From positions 1 through 38,679 of the forward strand of contig CACZPL010000027.1 of the NCBI GenBank assembly GCA_902783015.1: a stretch of DNA of 38,679 nt, written 5' to 3'. Position numbers and translations under genes: made by a program. The notes beneath the pieces were generated by a model, which did not search any database, was not told the DNA's origin, and was given only the letters and a program-made list of their open reading frames with translations. Below, piece after piece: positions 25,934 through 36,974 of the stretch (positions within the stretch are counted from its first letter, which is position 1; every line of letters starts with the position of its first letter). Source of the stretch: an uncultured Lachnospiraceae bacterium (GTDB lineage Bacteria; Bacillota; Clostridia; Lachnospirales; Lachnospiraceae).

Positions 25934-28451
25934 AGAGTTCCTCCGACCATGCGCGGCTCACATCGATCCCGAGTTTTTCAAGTGCAAGCAGGGTATCCTT
26001 CACGATACCGTTAACCTTCTGTGCTTCCAGAGTTTCCTTTGCGCTTCTGTAGGAGAGGTGATAAACCACACGGTTCTCAAACTCATCCACCAGGCTGCAC
26101 TCCTCCAGCAGATTACCGCCCTGCTTTTTGATACAGCCTTCGATATCACCCAGATAGGTTCCCGTCAGCTTATAGCTGCCGTTCTCCGAGGAAACGGTTG
26201 GCATCTGACTGATGGTAAGCTGTATATCTCTTGTGATGGCAGGATACTTGGAAAGGCTCGTGTACTTCTTATCCTCCCGTGCAAGCATGCAGAGCGTGGC
26301 AAGGTCGAGCACCGCAACATAGCAGTCTGCCTTGATATCGTAATTGTCGCATACCTCGGGGTGCACCTGTCCGATGTAGCCGAGATTGAGCTTTCCCTTG
26401 TTGATATTTGCGGTCCTGCCGGGATGCAGGAAGGAATACTCCGCCGTCGGCGCGAAGGAAACACCCTGGGTGATCATGAGCTTGTCAAGGAGCTCCTCCA
26501 CAACACCCTTTAAGTCAAAGAAATCTCCTGCGCCGTAACAGCCCAAGGTAAGCTTCAGCTTTTCCTCCGGAAGCTCCGTTAAGGGAAGTGCCTTCGGCAG
26601 GTATACATTTGCGATCTCATAAAGTCTCGCAGCCTTGTTTCTGCGGTTATAGTTTGTGGAAAGCCAGGTCATCATGCCGTTTAAGGTCACGGTCCGCATG
26701 ATTGAGAAATCCTCTCCGAGCGGATTGCTGATCGTCACAGCCTGACGAAGCTTGTCATCTGCGGGGATACAGAGCTTATCGAATGCCTTCGGGCTTTCGA
26801 AGGAATAGCCCATGGCACCGGAAAAGCCGTTTGCCTCACAGGTATCACGGAGAACACCGCAGATCCTGTCCTCATAGGAAAGCTTTCCTACGGTGCTTGA
26901 CCCGGGCAGGGTCACCGGGATGTTGTCATAGCCCGTAAACCGTGCCACCTCCTCGGCCAGATCCGCAACACAGGTCAGATCCTGGCGGAAGGTCGGGATG
27001 GTCAGCGTACGCTCCGCTTCGTTATATACGAGTTCCAGTCTCTTGAATATATCAAGCATCTCCTGCTCGGAGATATCGGTGCCGAGCAGCTTGTTCATCT
27101 TTTCCGGTTCAAACGGAAGCACCTTTTCCTTCACCGGTTCCGGATAGATATCGATCACACCGTCCACAACCTTGCCGCAGTCAAGCTCCTCAATGAGCTG
27201 GCATGCACGGTTGATGGCCGTAAGCGCGAGATTCGGATCCAAACCCTTTACGAATTTTCCTGCCGCGTCCGTCGGCATATCCAGCCTTCTTGAGGAAAGG
27301 CGGATATTGGTGCCGTCAAAGCAGGCTGCCTCAAAGAGCAGATTCTTGATGCTGTCCGTGACCATGGAGTTTTCACCGCCCATGATACCGGCGATTCCGA
27401 TCTCCTTCTCGCCGTCACAGATCATCAGCACATCCTTGTCCAGTTCTCTCTCTATACCGTCCAGGGTCGTAAACTTTTCTCCGTCCTTTGCGCGGCGCAC
27501 CACGATCTTATGTCCCGCTACGGTGTCAAGATCAAAGGCGTGCATGGGCTGGCCGTACTCCTCCATCACATAGTTTGTGATATCCACCAGATTGTTGATG
27601 GGGCGGATGCCCTGCGCGCGAAGTCTCTCCTGCATCCAGAGCGGTGAGGGTGCAAGCTTGATATCCGTCACGACCCTTGCGCAGTAGCGCTTGCAAAGGT
27701 CCGTGTCGAGCACCTCCACGGAGGCATAATCGTTTACGTCACCGCCGTTTCCCTTTACCGTGATCTTCGGCTCCTCAAAGGGCTTGCGGAAGGTAACCGC
27801 CGTCTCTCTTGCCATGCCGATCATGGAGAAACAGTCTACTCTGTTAGACGTAATCTCATATTCTACCACCGCATCATTTAAGTGCAGTGCATTTGTCACA
27901 TCATCTCCGGGCTTCACATCCGCGTCTGCCGGGAAGATATACACCCCCGCCTCCGGGTCCGCATTCCTGTCCTCATCCTTGAACAAACTGTAATCCCTTA
28001 CGAGCTCGCATGCGGAGCACATCATGCCCGCAGAGGGCACGCCGCGGAGCGCTCCCGCGGTGATCTTGTTTCCGCCCTGGACAAGCTCATACTTGTTATC
28101 CTTGGTGTGATGGAAGGGAACCATACCGCCGTCCAATACGGTAGGCACCAGATCGCCCTCCTTCACGTTCGGCGCGCCGGTCACGATCTGAATGGTCTCA
28201 CTTCCGATATTCACCTGACAAACCACCAGTTTGTCCGCATCCGGGTGCTGCTCGATCTTCTCGATCTTACCGACCACAACCTTCTCTATATATTTGTTCT
28301 TTAATTCATAGCCCTCCGCATGGGAACCCGAGAGTGTCATGGCATCCACATAAGCCTTGACAGCCGCCTCCTTCTCCTCCTGCGTGCCCTCCGCAAGCTT
28401 CACATCAAGCTCCGGGACATATGCTTTGATCCACGAAATTGGTGTATTCAT
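25920..28451 (-). CDS. pheT: Phenylalanine--tRNA ligase beta subunit
   Basis: [32 protein letters not shown]...DLAEEVAR; divergent C-terminal domain. Confidence 0.96.
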   Translation of the reverse strand: MNTPISWIKAYVPELDVKLAEGTQEEKEAAVKAYVDAMTLSGSHAEGYELKNKYIEKVVVGKIEKIEQHPDADKLVVCQVNIGSETIQIVTGAPNVKEGDLVPTVLDGGMVPFHHTKDNKYELVQGGNKITAGALRGVPSAGMMCSACELVRDYSLFKDEDRNADPEAGVYIFPADADVKPGDDVTNALHLNDAVVEYEITSNRVDCFSMIGMARETAVTFRKPFEEPKITVKGNGGDVNDYASVEVLDTDLCKRYCARVVTDIKLAPSPLWMQERLRAQGIRPINNLVDITNYVMEEYGQPMHAFDLDTVAGHKIVVRRAKDGEKFTTLDGIERELDKDVLMICDGEKEIGIAGIMGGENSMVTDSIKNLLFEAACFDGTNIRLSSRRLDMPTDAAGKFVKGLDPNLALTAINRACQLIEELDCGKVVDGVIDIYPEPVKEKVLPFEPEKMNKLLGTDISEQEMLDIFKRLELVYNEAERTLTIPTFRQDLTCVADLAEEVARFTGYDNIPVTLPGSSTVGKLSYEDRICGVLRDTCEANGFSGAMGYSFESPKAFDKLCIPADDKLRQAVTISNPLGEDFSIMRTVTLNGMMTWLSTNYNRRNKAARLYEIANVYLPKALPLTELPEEKLKLTLGCYGAGDFFDLKGVVEELLDKLMITQGVSFAPTAEYSFLHPGRTANINKGKLNLGYIGQVHPEVCDNYDIKADCYVAVLDLATLCMLAREDKKYTSLSKYPAITRDIQLTISQMPTVSSENGSYKLTGTYLGDIEGCIKKQGGNLLEECSLVDEFENRVVYHLSYRSAKETLEAQKVNGIVKDTLLALEKLGIDVSRAWSEELYGPK

Positions 28452-28463
28452 GTTTTCCTCCTC

Positions 28464-29522
28464 CTAGAACTGACTCAAGAAACGCTCATCGTTTTCATAG
28501 AGCAGTCTCATGTCGTCAATCTCATATTTCAGCAGTGTGATACGCTCCAGTCCGATGCCGAACGCAAAGCCCGAATATTCCTCCGGGTCGATGCCGCACA
28601 TCTCAAGCACATGCGGGCGCACCATACCGCAGCCGAGGATCTCGATCCAGCCGCTGCCCTTACATACACCGCAGCCCTTGCCGCCGCACTTAAAGCACGT
28701 GATATCCACCTCTGCCGAAGGCTCCGTAAACGGAAAATGATGCGGACGGAATTTGGTCTTTGTCTTCTCGCCGAAGAACTCCCTTGCAAACTGAGCCAGC
28801 GTACCCTTTAAGTCCGCCATGGTGATGTTTTTGTCGATCACCAGTCCCTCTACCTGATGGAAGGAGGGGGAATGCGTTGCATCCACCTCATCCGCGCGGA
28901 ACACTCTGCCCGGGGAGATCACACGGATGGGGAGTGTGCGCTCCTTCTCCGGATTCACTGCATCGAGCATGATGCGCGCCTGCACGGAAGACGTCTGCGT
29001 ACGGAGTAAGATATCATCCTCCGTGGTCTTTCCTCTCTGAATATAGAAGGTGTCCTGCTCATCCTTTGCGGGATGATCAGCAGGGATATTTAACAGTTCA
29101 AAATTATATTTGTCGTACTCTACCTCGGGACCGGACACAACCTCATAGCCCATGCCGATGAATACGCGTTCAAGATCCTCCAAAGCGATCTGGTTCGGAT
29201 GACGCTTTCCCTGGATCAAACGTCTGCCGGGTCTTGTGACATCTACGGTCTCACGCATCAGCTTTGCGCTTCTGGCACGTTTGGTCAGCTCCTCCAGCTT
29301 TTTATTAAGCTTCTCCTCGATCGCGCTTCTCGCATCGTTTACCATCTGACCGATCTTCGGTCTGTCTTCGGGCGCCACATCCTTCATACCCTTTAATACC
29401 TGTGTCAGCTCGCCTTTTTTTCCGAGAACGGCAACCTTCAGGTCGTTTAAGGAATTTGCATCCGACGCGATCTCGATCTGTTTTAAAGCCTGCGCCTTAA
29501 TGCGCTCCAGCGTTTCGTTCAT
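28464..29522 (-). CDS. pheS: Phenylalanine--tRNA ligase alpha subunit
   Basis: QDTFY, LLRTQTS, FHQVEG, FPFTEPS, GFAFGIGLER. Confidence 0.97.
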   Translation of the reverse strand: MNETLERIKAQALKQIEIASDANSLNDLKVAVLGKKGELTQVLKGMKDVAPEDRPKIGQMVNDARSAIEEKLNKKLEELTKRARSAKLMRETVDVTRPGRRLIQGKRHPNQIALEDLERVFIGMGYEVVSGPEVEYDKYNFELLNIPADHPAKDEQDTFYIQRGKTTEDDILLRTQTSSVQARIMLDAVNPEKERTLPIRVISPGRVFRADEVDATHSPSFHQVEGLVIDKNITMADLKGTLAQFAREFFGEKTKTKFRPHHFPFTEPSAEVDITCFKCGGKGCGVCKGSGWIEILGCGMVRPHVLEMCGIDPEEYSGFAFGIGLERITLLKYEIDDMRLLYENDERFLSQF

Positions 29523-29545
29523 GTTTTGTTACCTCCAAAAAGATT

Positions 29546-30475
29546 TTATTCATTCTCTATATGAAAAATCACATCATCTATCAATGACTCGTTTGAAAAA
29601 TCCACCTCGTAAAAGATCCTGCCCGGGGTGGAAAGGGTCAGTCTGTAGACCGGTGATCTGCGAAAGGCCTTTTTTCTCTCCACCTCGTTCTTCGAGATGT
29701 ACTGCACCTCGTCAAGCTTGATGGCATCGGTCTTTGACAGATAACTCACCACAAGATAGTTCTCCGTGACATAGATATTGTTTTTTCGGAATAAAAGCTT
29801 ACGCCGCATCTCGCTGTTGATCTCGGCGATCACCTCTGCGGGATCTCCGTACTCCCGCAGCTGTCTGGCCTGTGTGTTCATGCTCGGCTGGATGCACACC
29901 AGAAATGTGTAGATCACAATGATCAATGCCACAAAAGCCGGCATGGCAAAGAACACATAGATCATGATCACGTAGGCGTAGGGATACTCCGGCTCACTGA
30001 TCACATAATCGCTCGTCATGTTTTCCACCAATGCGGGATCCATACCGGACTCCAAAGCAAAGCCCGTGACGATATGATCCGCTGTCAGCTTGTCCTTCTT
30101 GATCCTGCCCTTCACGAGCTTTTCATCGATCTTCATGGGCGGATTGTCCGTCTTCACGAGCAGCATAAGGTATTTTCCGCCCACCTTGGTATAGTAATAG
30201 GCGCCGGAAAGCTCTCCGTCCACGTAGTAATCAAAACCGGTATAGTGCAGATTCTCCGCGGAATACTCCACATTTGTAGTCTTTTCCGCGTACATCAGAC
30301 CGAGCGTGATATTCGCATCCGTCATGGTCGCTATGCTGTGGCATTGGATCCTGTCGAGCAGCGGATAGCGCGCAAACATAAATGTCAAAATAACAAACAC
30401 AGCTATCGCAGGGATTGCGATAGCCAGTGTGTTTTTCATCAATAGTCTTTGAAAGGGTTTCCTTCCCATCATCAT
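29546..30475 (-). CDS. Hypothetical membrane protein (2 TM, extracellular OB-like region, cytoplasmic tail)
   Basis: 309-aa ORF coupled to the leuS stop, two hydrophobic segments; no motif recognised with confidence. Confidence 0.75.
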   Translation of the reverse strand: MMMGRKPFQRLLMKNTLAIAIPAIAVFVILTFMFARYPLLDRIQCHSIATMTDANITLGLMYAEKTTNVEYSAENLHYTGFDYYVDGELSGAYYYTKVGGKYLMLLVKTDNPPMKIDEKLVKGRIKKDKLTADHIVTGFALESGMDPALVENMTSDYVISEPEYPYAYVIMIYVFFAMPAFVALIIVIYTFLVCIQPSMNTQARQLREYGDPAEVIAEINSEMRRKLLFRKNNIYVTENYLVVSYLSKTDAIKLDEVQYISKNEVERKKAFRRSPVYRLTLSTPGRIFYEVDFSNESLIDDVIFHIENE

Positions 30476-32895
30476 TTCGCCACTATATTAACGATCCTTC
30501 CCGGCACGTAAATCTCCTTGATGATGTTGCCGGAGAGCTTGTCACCGAGGGCTGTCTTCGCCTTTGCGATGGCCGTATCCTTGTCATCATCCGCGCCGAT
30601 CATCACGGTAGCCTTGGTCTTGCCGTTGATCTGTACTGCGATCTCAATCTCGTTATCCTTCATGGCCTCCTCATCGTAGGTCGGCCAGCTCTCATGGAAC
30701 ACGGAATCCGTTCCGCCGAGCAGCTCCCAGAGTTCCTCACCGATATGCGGTGCAAAGGGGGCGATCAGCTTCACCATAGTCTTTAAGGTTTCCTTGTCAA
30801 CACCCGCGCCCTTGGTGAGCTCGATAAACTTGTTGTTATACTCCATAAACGCAGAGACAACCGTGTTCAAGGAGAACTGTGTCAGTCTCTGTGTCACGTC
30901 GTAGGTCAGCTTGTGGCGAAGCTTTACAAGCTCCGGTGTCTCCGGCGCATTCTTGTCTAAGTTGTTAGTCACCATGGTGTAGAAGCGGTTCATGAAGCGG
31001 TAGATACCTTCCATGCCGCTGTCATCCCAGATGGAATCCAGCTCCGGCGGTCCGATAAAGAGCTCGTACAGACGCAGGGAATCGCAGCCGTAATCGCGTA
31101 CCATGTCATCCGGCGACACAATATTGCCGAGGGATTTGCTCATCTTGGTCGCCGCGCCGGTCTCCTTGTCGCGGCCGCAGACCATACCCTGGTTAAAGAG
31201 CTTCTTAAACGGCTCCTCGAAATCAACAACGCCGATATCATACAGGAACTTGGTGTAGAAGCGGGAGTACAGAAGGTGCAGTACCGCGTGCTCCACGCCG
31301 CCGATGTACATATCTACCGGGAGATATTTGTCCGCCTTCTCGCGGTCCACAAGCGCTTCCTTATTCTTGCTGTCCACATAGCGCAGGAAGTACCAGGAGG
31401 AACCTGCCCACTGGGGCATGGTGTTGGTCTCTCTCTTGGCCGGCTTACCGCACTGCGGGCAGGTGGTGTTCACCCAGCTGTCAATGGCCGCAAGCGGAGA
31501 TTCGCCCGTGCCGGTAGGCTCGTACTTTTCCACATCGGGAAGCAGCACCGGAAGCTCTTCCTCCGGAACAGCCACCGCACCGCAATCCGGGCAGTGTACG
31601 ATGGGGATCGGCTCGCCCCAGTAGCGCTGACGGGAGAATACCCAGTCTCTCAGCTTGTAGTTGACGGTCTTCTTTCCGTAGCCCGCCTTCTCGATCATCT
31701 CCGGTGCCTCTCTCTTTAACACGGCACTCTCCATACCGTTCCAGTCTCCGGAATTGATCATGGTACCCGCTGCCTCTGTATAGGCCTCGGTCATATTCTC
31801 TATCTCCTTGCCATCCTTCGCGATAACCTGAATGATGGGAAGGTCAAATTTCTTGGCAAATTCAAAGTCGCGGTCGTCATGTGCCGGCACGCACATGATG
31901 GCACCGGTACCGTAATCCGCAAGCACGTAATCGGAAAGCCAGATCGGTGTCTTCTTTCCGTTTAACGGATTGATCGCATAGCTTCCGGTGAACACACCGG
32001 TCTTATCCTTATCCTGCATACGATCCACATTGGACTTCATGGATGCGTTGTAGATGTACTTCTCGACAGCGTCCTTGTTTTCCGGTGTCGCAAGCTTCGC
32101 AGCAAGCGCGTGCTCCGGTGCGAGAACCATGAAGGTTGCGCCGTAGAGTGTATCCGGTCTCGTGGTGTACACGGTGATGGTCTCATCCGTACCGTCCACC
32201 TTAAAGTCTACCTCCGCACCGTAGGACTTTCCGATCCAATCGGTCTGCATCTTCTTAACCTTTTCGGGCCAGTCGAGCTTATCGAGATCAGCCAGCAATC
32301 TCTCGGCGTAAGCTGTGATCTTTAACATCCACTGACGAAGGTTCTTCTTTGTCACCTCGCTGTGGCAGCGCTCACACTTGCCGTCCACAACCTCCTCGTT
32401 TGCAAGGCCGGTCTTACAGGACGGACACCAGTTGATGGGCATTTCCTTCTCGTAGGCAAGACCCTTCTTAAACATCTGTACAAAGATCCACTGTGTCCAC
32501 TTGTAATACTCGGGATCCGTGGTATTGACCTCTCTGTCCCAGTCATAGATCGCAGCGATCTCATTGATCTGACGTTTGATGTTCGCAACATTCTCGGCCG
32601 TGGAAATAGACGGATGGATACCGTGGGTGATCGCATAGTTTTCCGCAGGAAGACCGAAGGCATCCCATCCCATCGGGTGGATCAGGTAATAGCCCTGCAT
32701 CATCTTGTAGCGGCTCCACACATCCGAGATCACGTAGCCTCTCCAGTGGCCCACATGCAGGCCGTTGCCCGAGGGGTAGGGGAACATGTCGAGGCAGTAG
32801 TACTTCGGCTTCACGCCATCTTCGACATTGATCGGCTTCTCCTCCCATTTCTTACGCCATTTTCCTTCTATCAGCTTATGGTTGTAATTTCCCAT
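30472..32895 (-). CDS. leuS: Leucine--tRNA ligase
   Basis: [44 protein letters not shown]. Confidence 0.98.
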   Translation of the reverse strand: MGNYNHKLIEGKWRKKWEEKPINVEDGVKPKYYCLDMFPYPSGNGLHVGHWRGYVISDVWSRYKMMQGYYLIHPMGWDAFGLPAENYAITHGIHPSISTAENVANIKRQINEIAAIYDWDREVNTTDPEYYKWTQWIFVQMFKKGLAYEKEMPINWCPSCKTGLANEEVVDGKCERCHSEVTKKNLRQWMLKITAYAERLLADLDKLDWPEKVKKMQTDWIGKSYGAEVDFKVDGTDETITVYTTRPDTLYGATFMVLAPEHALAAKLATPENKDAVEKYIYNASMKSNVDRMQDKDKTGVFTGSYAINPLNGKKTPIWLSDYVLADYGTGAIMCVPAHDDRDFEFAKKFDLPIIQVIAKDGKEIENMTEAYTEAAGTMINSGDWNGMESAVLKREAPEMIEKAGYGKKTVNYKLRDWVFSRQRYWGEPIPIVHCPDCGAVAVPEEELPVLLPDVEKYEPTGTGESPLAAIDSWVNTTCPQCGKPAKRETNTMPQWAGSSWYFLRYVDSKNKEALVDREKADKYLPVDMYIGGVEHAVLHLLYSRFYTKFLYDIGVVDFEEPFKKLFNQGMVCGRDKETGAATKMSKSLGNIVSPDDMVRDYGCDSLRLYELFIGPPELDSIWDDSGMEGIYRFMNRFYTMVTNNLDKNAPETPELVKLRHKLTYDVTQRLTQFSLNTVVSAFMEYNNKFIELTKGAGVDKETLKTMVKLIAPFAPHIGEELWELLGGTDSVFHESWPTYDEEAMKDNEIEIAVQINGKTKATVMIGADDDKDTAIAKAKTALGDKLSGNIIKEIYVPGRIVNIVAK

Positions 32896-32929
32896 GTTTG
32901 TTTCTTCCTCCGGTTTCTATGTTCATAAT

Positions 32930-33115
32930 TTATGCAAATTTCTTCAATGACTCGTTGTACGAATACCCGAGTGTGAGAAGCTTTGCTTCAAGATCCGCGC
33001 GGCTGACATCAAAGCGCGCGCAAAAATCGTCCAGGTCCGAATCTTCATCCCGAAGATGCGTATTCACAAAGGAAAGCAGCATCGCGGGATCGCTCGGTAA
33101 ATGCTCTATTGCCAT
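32930..33115 (-). CDS. DUF4250 small protein
   Basis: LP.DP.MLLSFVN..LRD...LDDFC, GYSY; TGATG overlap with the upstream gene. Confidence 0.85.
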   Translation of the reverse strand: MAIEHLPSDPAMLLSFVNTHLRDEDSDLDDFCARFDVSRADLEAKLLTLGYSYNESLKKFA

Positions 33116-34017
33116 CACAGTACCTCGCCCGTGATCAGCCAGGGTGACGGCTGCGTCACAAAGATACTGTTCTTATCCGTCTTGGACACGGTGATCTGCG
33201 TAACCTCCATGTTTTCGATACCGTATTTGGAAAAGAGCTCTTTGATGCCCGACAGGATATTGAGCTCTAAGGTATAGATCACGAATTGCATCTTCGGATT
33301 CTTCTTCAGCAGCCTTGCGATATCCTCCTCCAGGTGCTTGTTTGCAACGATGAAGGAAAGTCGCGGTGTCGGAATGCTGTCCATGGACTCCTGTGACAGG
33401 TCCGGAATGATCTTTACATTGTGCACGCCGAACTGCTTGACATTGTCCTCCATGGTCTCCTTGGCGCCCTTGTCGTTTTCCACACAGATGATTGTGCCGT
33501 CGCCGGCGATAAAGGCCGCCTCGATCGCGATACTCTCGGCATCCACCAGACAGATGGTATCCTGGCTGTCCACACCGAGCATGGACATGATCACCGCACG
33601 GATCTCGTGTCCCACATACTTGATGGGGCCCTTGGAGAACATCTCATTCTTCATACCGATGCGGTAGGACTCTCTCGTATTTTCATTTAAGATAAAGATG
33701 ACTGTCGGTGCCGTGATCTTCCGGTTGATGACATCCCTGATCTTTACCTTTTTGACCTGTCCTTCCTCCCCGATGCCTACGCCATACCACATGTCGTATT
33801 CACCGAAGCCGGCCTCCCAAAACTCATAAAACAGGTCCTCGTGGAATTCGTCCGCAAAGATCAATACTCTCTTGTGCGTCTCCACGAATGGGATGACGTT
33901 CTTTTGCTTCCCGCAGATATCAAGCAGCTTGATCTTTTCCGGGCTCGTCTCCATTGTACGCGCAAAATAACCCATCCACGCAAGAATCTGATTTGTATCA
34001 TAGCTCCCTTTTGCCAT
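33115..34017 (-). CDS. CbiT/CobL (precorrin-6B methyltransferase)-like protein, degenerate
   Basis: EIRAVIMSML, SIAIEAA, N..QFG..NV, EVTQI.VS and P.WLITG follow the CbiT pattern, but the Gly-rich SAM motif is absent. Confidence 0.65.
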   Translation of the reverse strand: MAKGSYDTNQILAWMGYFARTMETSPEKIKLLDICGKQKNVIPFVETHKRVLIFADEFHEDLFYEFWEAGFGEYDMWYGVGIGEEGQVKKVKIRDVINRKITAPTVIFILNENTRESYRIGMKNEMFSKGPIKYVGHEIRAVIMSMLGVDSQDTICLVDAESIAIEAAFIAGDGTIICVENDKGAKETMEDNVKQFGVHNVKIIPDLSQESMDSIPTPRLSFIVANKHLEEDIARLLKKNPKMQFVIYTLELNILSGIKELFSKYGIENMEVTQITVSKTDKNSIFVTQPSPWLITGEVL

Positions 34018-34041
34018 AATATCGCCTCCCGTTCTTTTATA

Positions 34042-35463
34042 TTAATCTTCTTTGTCTTCCGTCTCTTCCTTCGCGATCTTCTCCGCCTCGGCGGGCTCAT
34101 CGCTTTGAGTCTCCTCAATGCCCTCCTCGAAGGGGTGCTCGTTATTTTTTATATGATGCAGCTTGTTATAAAGAAGCTGTTTTCTCTTTTTCTTCCGGAT
34201 CGACTGTCTGGTCTCGTGACCCTCCATGTAGATCGGTTCCCCGGTATCCTCGTCAAAGCCCTTCAATCGGAAGTAATCCTCGGTTTTTGAGGATAGCTTC
34301 TTGGCGCGCAGTCCGTCTCTAAGCTGCACCGCGATAAAGGCATAAATGCAGGCAAACACCGGAACGCCGAGGATCATGCCCGGCACCCCGAAGAGGCTGC
34401 CGCCCACCAGGATGGCCGCAAGCACCCAAAGGCTTGAAAGGCCGGTGGCATCGCCTAAGATCAGCGGTCCCAGGATATTTCCGTCAAACTGCTGGAGCAC
34501 GATCACCCAGATCAAAAAGATCACGAACATGATGGGATCGTCCATCAGCGCAAGAAGCGCCCCCGGCACGGCTCCGATGAAGGGACCGAAGAAGGGGATG
34601 ATGTTGGTCACTCCCACGAGCACACTGATCAGGCTGGCATACTTCATGCCCACCGCCGCCGTAAAGGCGAAGCAGATGATACCAATGATCACGGAGTCAA
34701 TGATCTTGCCGTTGATAAACCCGCCGAATACCTGATTGGCATAGGAAAGGCCCCGCATGATCTTGTTGCCCGTCTTCTTGGAAAATACACAATAGATGAT
34801 CTTCTTGCCCTGGGCAAGCAGGACATCCTTGCTGTATAAAAGGTACACCGTAACGATGATACCGACAAAGCAATTTAAGAGTACCTTAAACCCGAGCATC
34901 ACACCCGAGGAGATCCTCAAAGCAATGGTGTCGATGTTCGGCATAACCTTGTCCTTCAGGATCTGGTACACGTTGTTCTGCATGTAATCCACTGCCTCGG
35001 AAAGCTTTCCGGACAAGGCCTTGTGGTCCGCAAACATCTTTGTGACCCAATCCTTCAGGTTCGCCAGGTAGGTTGGTGTATTGTTCACAAGCTCCGTCAT
35101 ACTCTCGTAAAGGCTCGGGATGACCAGGTTCAAAAAGCCCACCAGCAAAGCGATAAAGAATACCAGCGTGATGATCAGACCGGCAAGCTTGGACTTTGCG
35201 TAGACCGTATCATAGTCTCCGCCCTTTTTGATCTTCATGACACACCAGGTGATGCCCCGGCGAATGTAGATCATGATCGGATTTAACAAAAATGCGAGCA
35301 CAACACCGACGAGCACCGGTGCCAGTGCGGAAAAGAGCTTCCCGATAAAGGCAAAGATATTGGCTCTTGCCTTCAGGATCTCATAGAACACCATACAGGC
35401 GCAGACCGAAAGCACGATCGTCACGCCGAGGCGCAAATAATTTTTATCCCATTTTCGTCCCAT
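34042..35463 (-). CDS. AI-2E family transporter (PerM-like)
   Basis: AFLLNP, GKIIDS, NIIPFFGPFIG, QQFDGNILGP, GMILGVP; ATG 35463 is preferred. Confidence 0.92.
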   Translation of the reverse strand: MGRKWDKNYLRLGVTIVLSVCACMVFYEILKARANIFAFIGKLFSALAPVLVGVVLAFLLNPIMIYIRRGITWCVMKIKKGGDYDTVYAKSKLAGLIITLVFFIALLVGFLNLVIPSLYESMTELVNNTPTYLANLKDWVTKMFADHKALSGKLSEAVDYMQNNVYQILKDKVMPNIDTIALRISSGVMLGFKVLLNCFVGIIVTVYLLYSKDVLLAQGKKIIYCVFSKKTGNKIMRGLSYANQVFGGFINGKIIDSVIIGIICFAFTAAVGMKYASLISVLVGVTNIIPFFGPFIGAVPGALLALMDDPIMFVIFLIWVIVLQQFDGNILGPLILGDATGLSSLWVLAAILVGGSLFGVPGMILGVPVFACIYAFIAVQLRDGLRAKKLSSKTEDYFRLKGFDEDTGEPIYMEGHETRQSIRKKKRKQLLYNKLHHIKNNEHPFEEGIEETQSDEPAEAEKIAKEETEDKED

Positions 35464-35561
35464 ACAGGTGTTATCTCCGTCCGCTTTTCCGGGCACACTG
35501 CATAGGTGCCCATTTAAATTAAGATTATAGCACTAAAATCTCATCCAAACAAGTAAATATA

Positions 35562-35590
35562 TTGACTTAGGTAAGGTTTTTTTATACAAT
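35562..35590 (+). promoter_or_regulatory. Sigma-A promoter of the AAA ATPase gene
   Basis: TTGACT-17-TACAAT; a divergent TATAAT on the minus strand at 35524-35529 serves the AI-2E operon. Confidence 0.65.
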
Positions 35591-35651
35591 GCTCTTATAT
35601 TCATTTTTCATGCTCCGCCGATCGCAGACGGGGCAGATAAGGAGATTTCAC

Positions 35652-36908
35652 ATGTACAGAAACATCATCGAAGATCTCATGCAATGGCATGAAAAAAACA
35701 CCCGTCAGATCTTATATATCAAGGGCGCATTGGGTGTCGGAAAAACCTGGACCGTGCAAGATTTCGCGACGGCCTTTTATCCCTGTATGTGTTATATCGA
35801 CGCAAGTGAGGGACTCCCTCTAGACAACACGGAGCTTGACAAGCTGCTGATCTCCCGCTTTTCCGACGAAGAGCTCGCCGGCGGTCTGATCGTGTTTGAT
35901 GAAGTACAGTCCATCCCGCATGTGGCGGAGTTCTTCTACGAGTATGCAAAAACTCACCGGAAGTATTCCCTCTGTCTGATCGCTTCCACCATGGATATCA
36001 CGGAGTTTGAATACACCCACAGTGATGCCTTCAAGCTGATCCGCATGCGTCCCATGAGCTTCGAGGAATATATGATCGCGTCCAAGGCGCATCCCTTTAT
36101 CTCCGCGATCCGGAAAAACAGTGACAATCCGCTCACCGCTCCGGAGGAAAAGGCGATCAAATCCATGCTGAAGGAGTACCTCATGACAGGCGGCATGCCG
36201 GGTGTCATCTCTGCATTTTTAAAGAGAAAAGATTATTCGGTCATCCGTCCCCTGCAGGATCAGATGATCGCTGATTACGAAGCACTTTTGAAAAAGACCT
36301 TCCCGGATGCCATGTTCCAGCGCTCCCGCAGAGTGTTCCGCAGCATCCCGAAGCAGCTTTCCAAGGATAACAAGAAATTTATGTATAAGGTGGCCGAGGC
36401 AAATGCCAGAAGCCGCGAATATGCCGAGGCCACCCAGAACCTGTGCGATCTGGGGCTCGCAAGAAAGCTGCCGCGCCTTGCCGGCGGCACGCTTCCCCTC
36501 GAGGAGCACGTGGATTATAAATCATTCGAACTCTTTTTGGTGGATCACGGATTACTCCGCGCCATGTACAATCTCCCGGTGGACGAAAGCCTCACTTTAG
36601 AGGACATCCTCTCCGAAAAGGAGGGTGCCATAGCCGAGCAGTACCTGTTTGAGGAGCTCTCCGAGTCTATCGGCATCATGTACTACTGGGTATCCGGAGC
36701 CACGGCCCGAGTTCCCTTCGTATACGAGGGCAAATCCAGTGCCGTTCCGGTGGATGTACGCTTTGTGAAAAACACCAAAGCACAGAATGTCAAGGTCTTC
36801 CTCGAAAAGAATCCGGATGCCAAGCTTTCCATGCGCATCACCTTGGACCAGCCCGCCATGGACGGGGACTGCATGAGCGTCCCGGCCTACGGGTTGTGGA
36901 ATCTGTAA
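35652..36908 (+). CDS. AAA_14/DUF4143 family ATPase with degenerate C-terminal nuclease fold
   Basis: MYRNI..DL..W, GALGVGKT, FDEVQ, MRPMSFEEY, TGGMP, DHGLLRAM, IAEQY; AAGGAG RBS before ATG 35652. Confidence 0.88.
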   Translation: MYRNIIEDLMQWHEKNTRQILYIKGALGVGKTWTVQDFATAFYPCMCYIDASEGLPLDNTELDKLLISRFSDEELAGGLIVFDEVQSIPHVAEFFYEYAKTHRKYSLCLIASTMDITEFEYTHSDAFKLIRMRPMSFEEYMIASKAHPFISAIRKNSDNPLTAPEEKAIKSMLKEYLMTGGMPGVISAFLKRKDYSVIRPLQDQMIADYEALLKKTFPDAMFQRSRRVFRSIPKQLSKDNKKFMYKVAEANARSREYAEATQNLCDLGLARKLPRLAGGTLPLEEHVDYKSFELFLVDHGLLRAMYNLPVDESLTLEDILSEKEGAIAEQYLFEELSESIGIMYYWVSGATARVPFVYEGKSSAVPVDVRFVKNTKAQNVKVFLEKNPDAKLSMRITLDQPAMDGDCMSVPAYGLWNL

Positions 36909-36929
36909 ACATCATTTCTGTATATTCTT

Positions 36930-36961
36930 CCGCCCGATTTTTAAGATCGGGCGGTTTTTTT
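36930..36961 (+). terminator. Intrinsic terminator
   Basis: CCGCCCGAT/ATCGGGCGG stem followed by T7. Confidence 0.8.
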
Positions 36962-36974
36962 GTCCGCTCACGCC

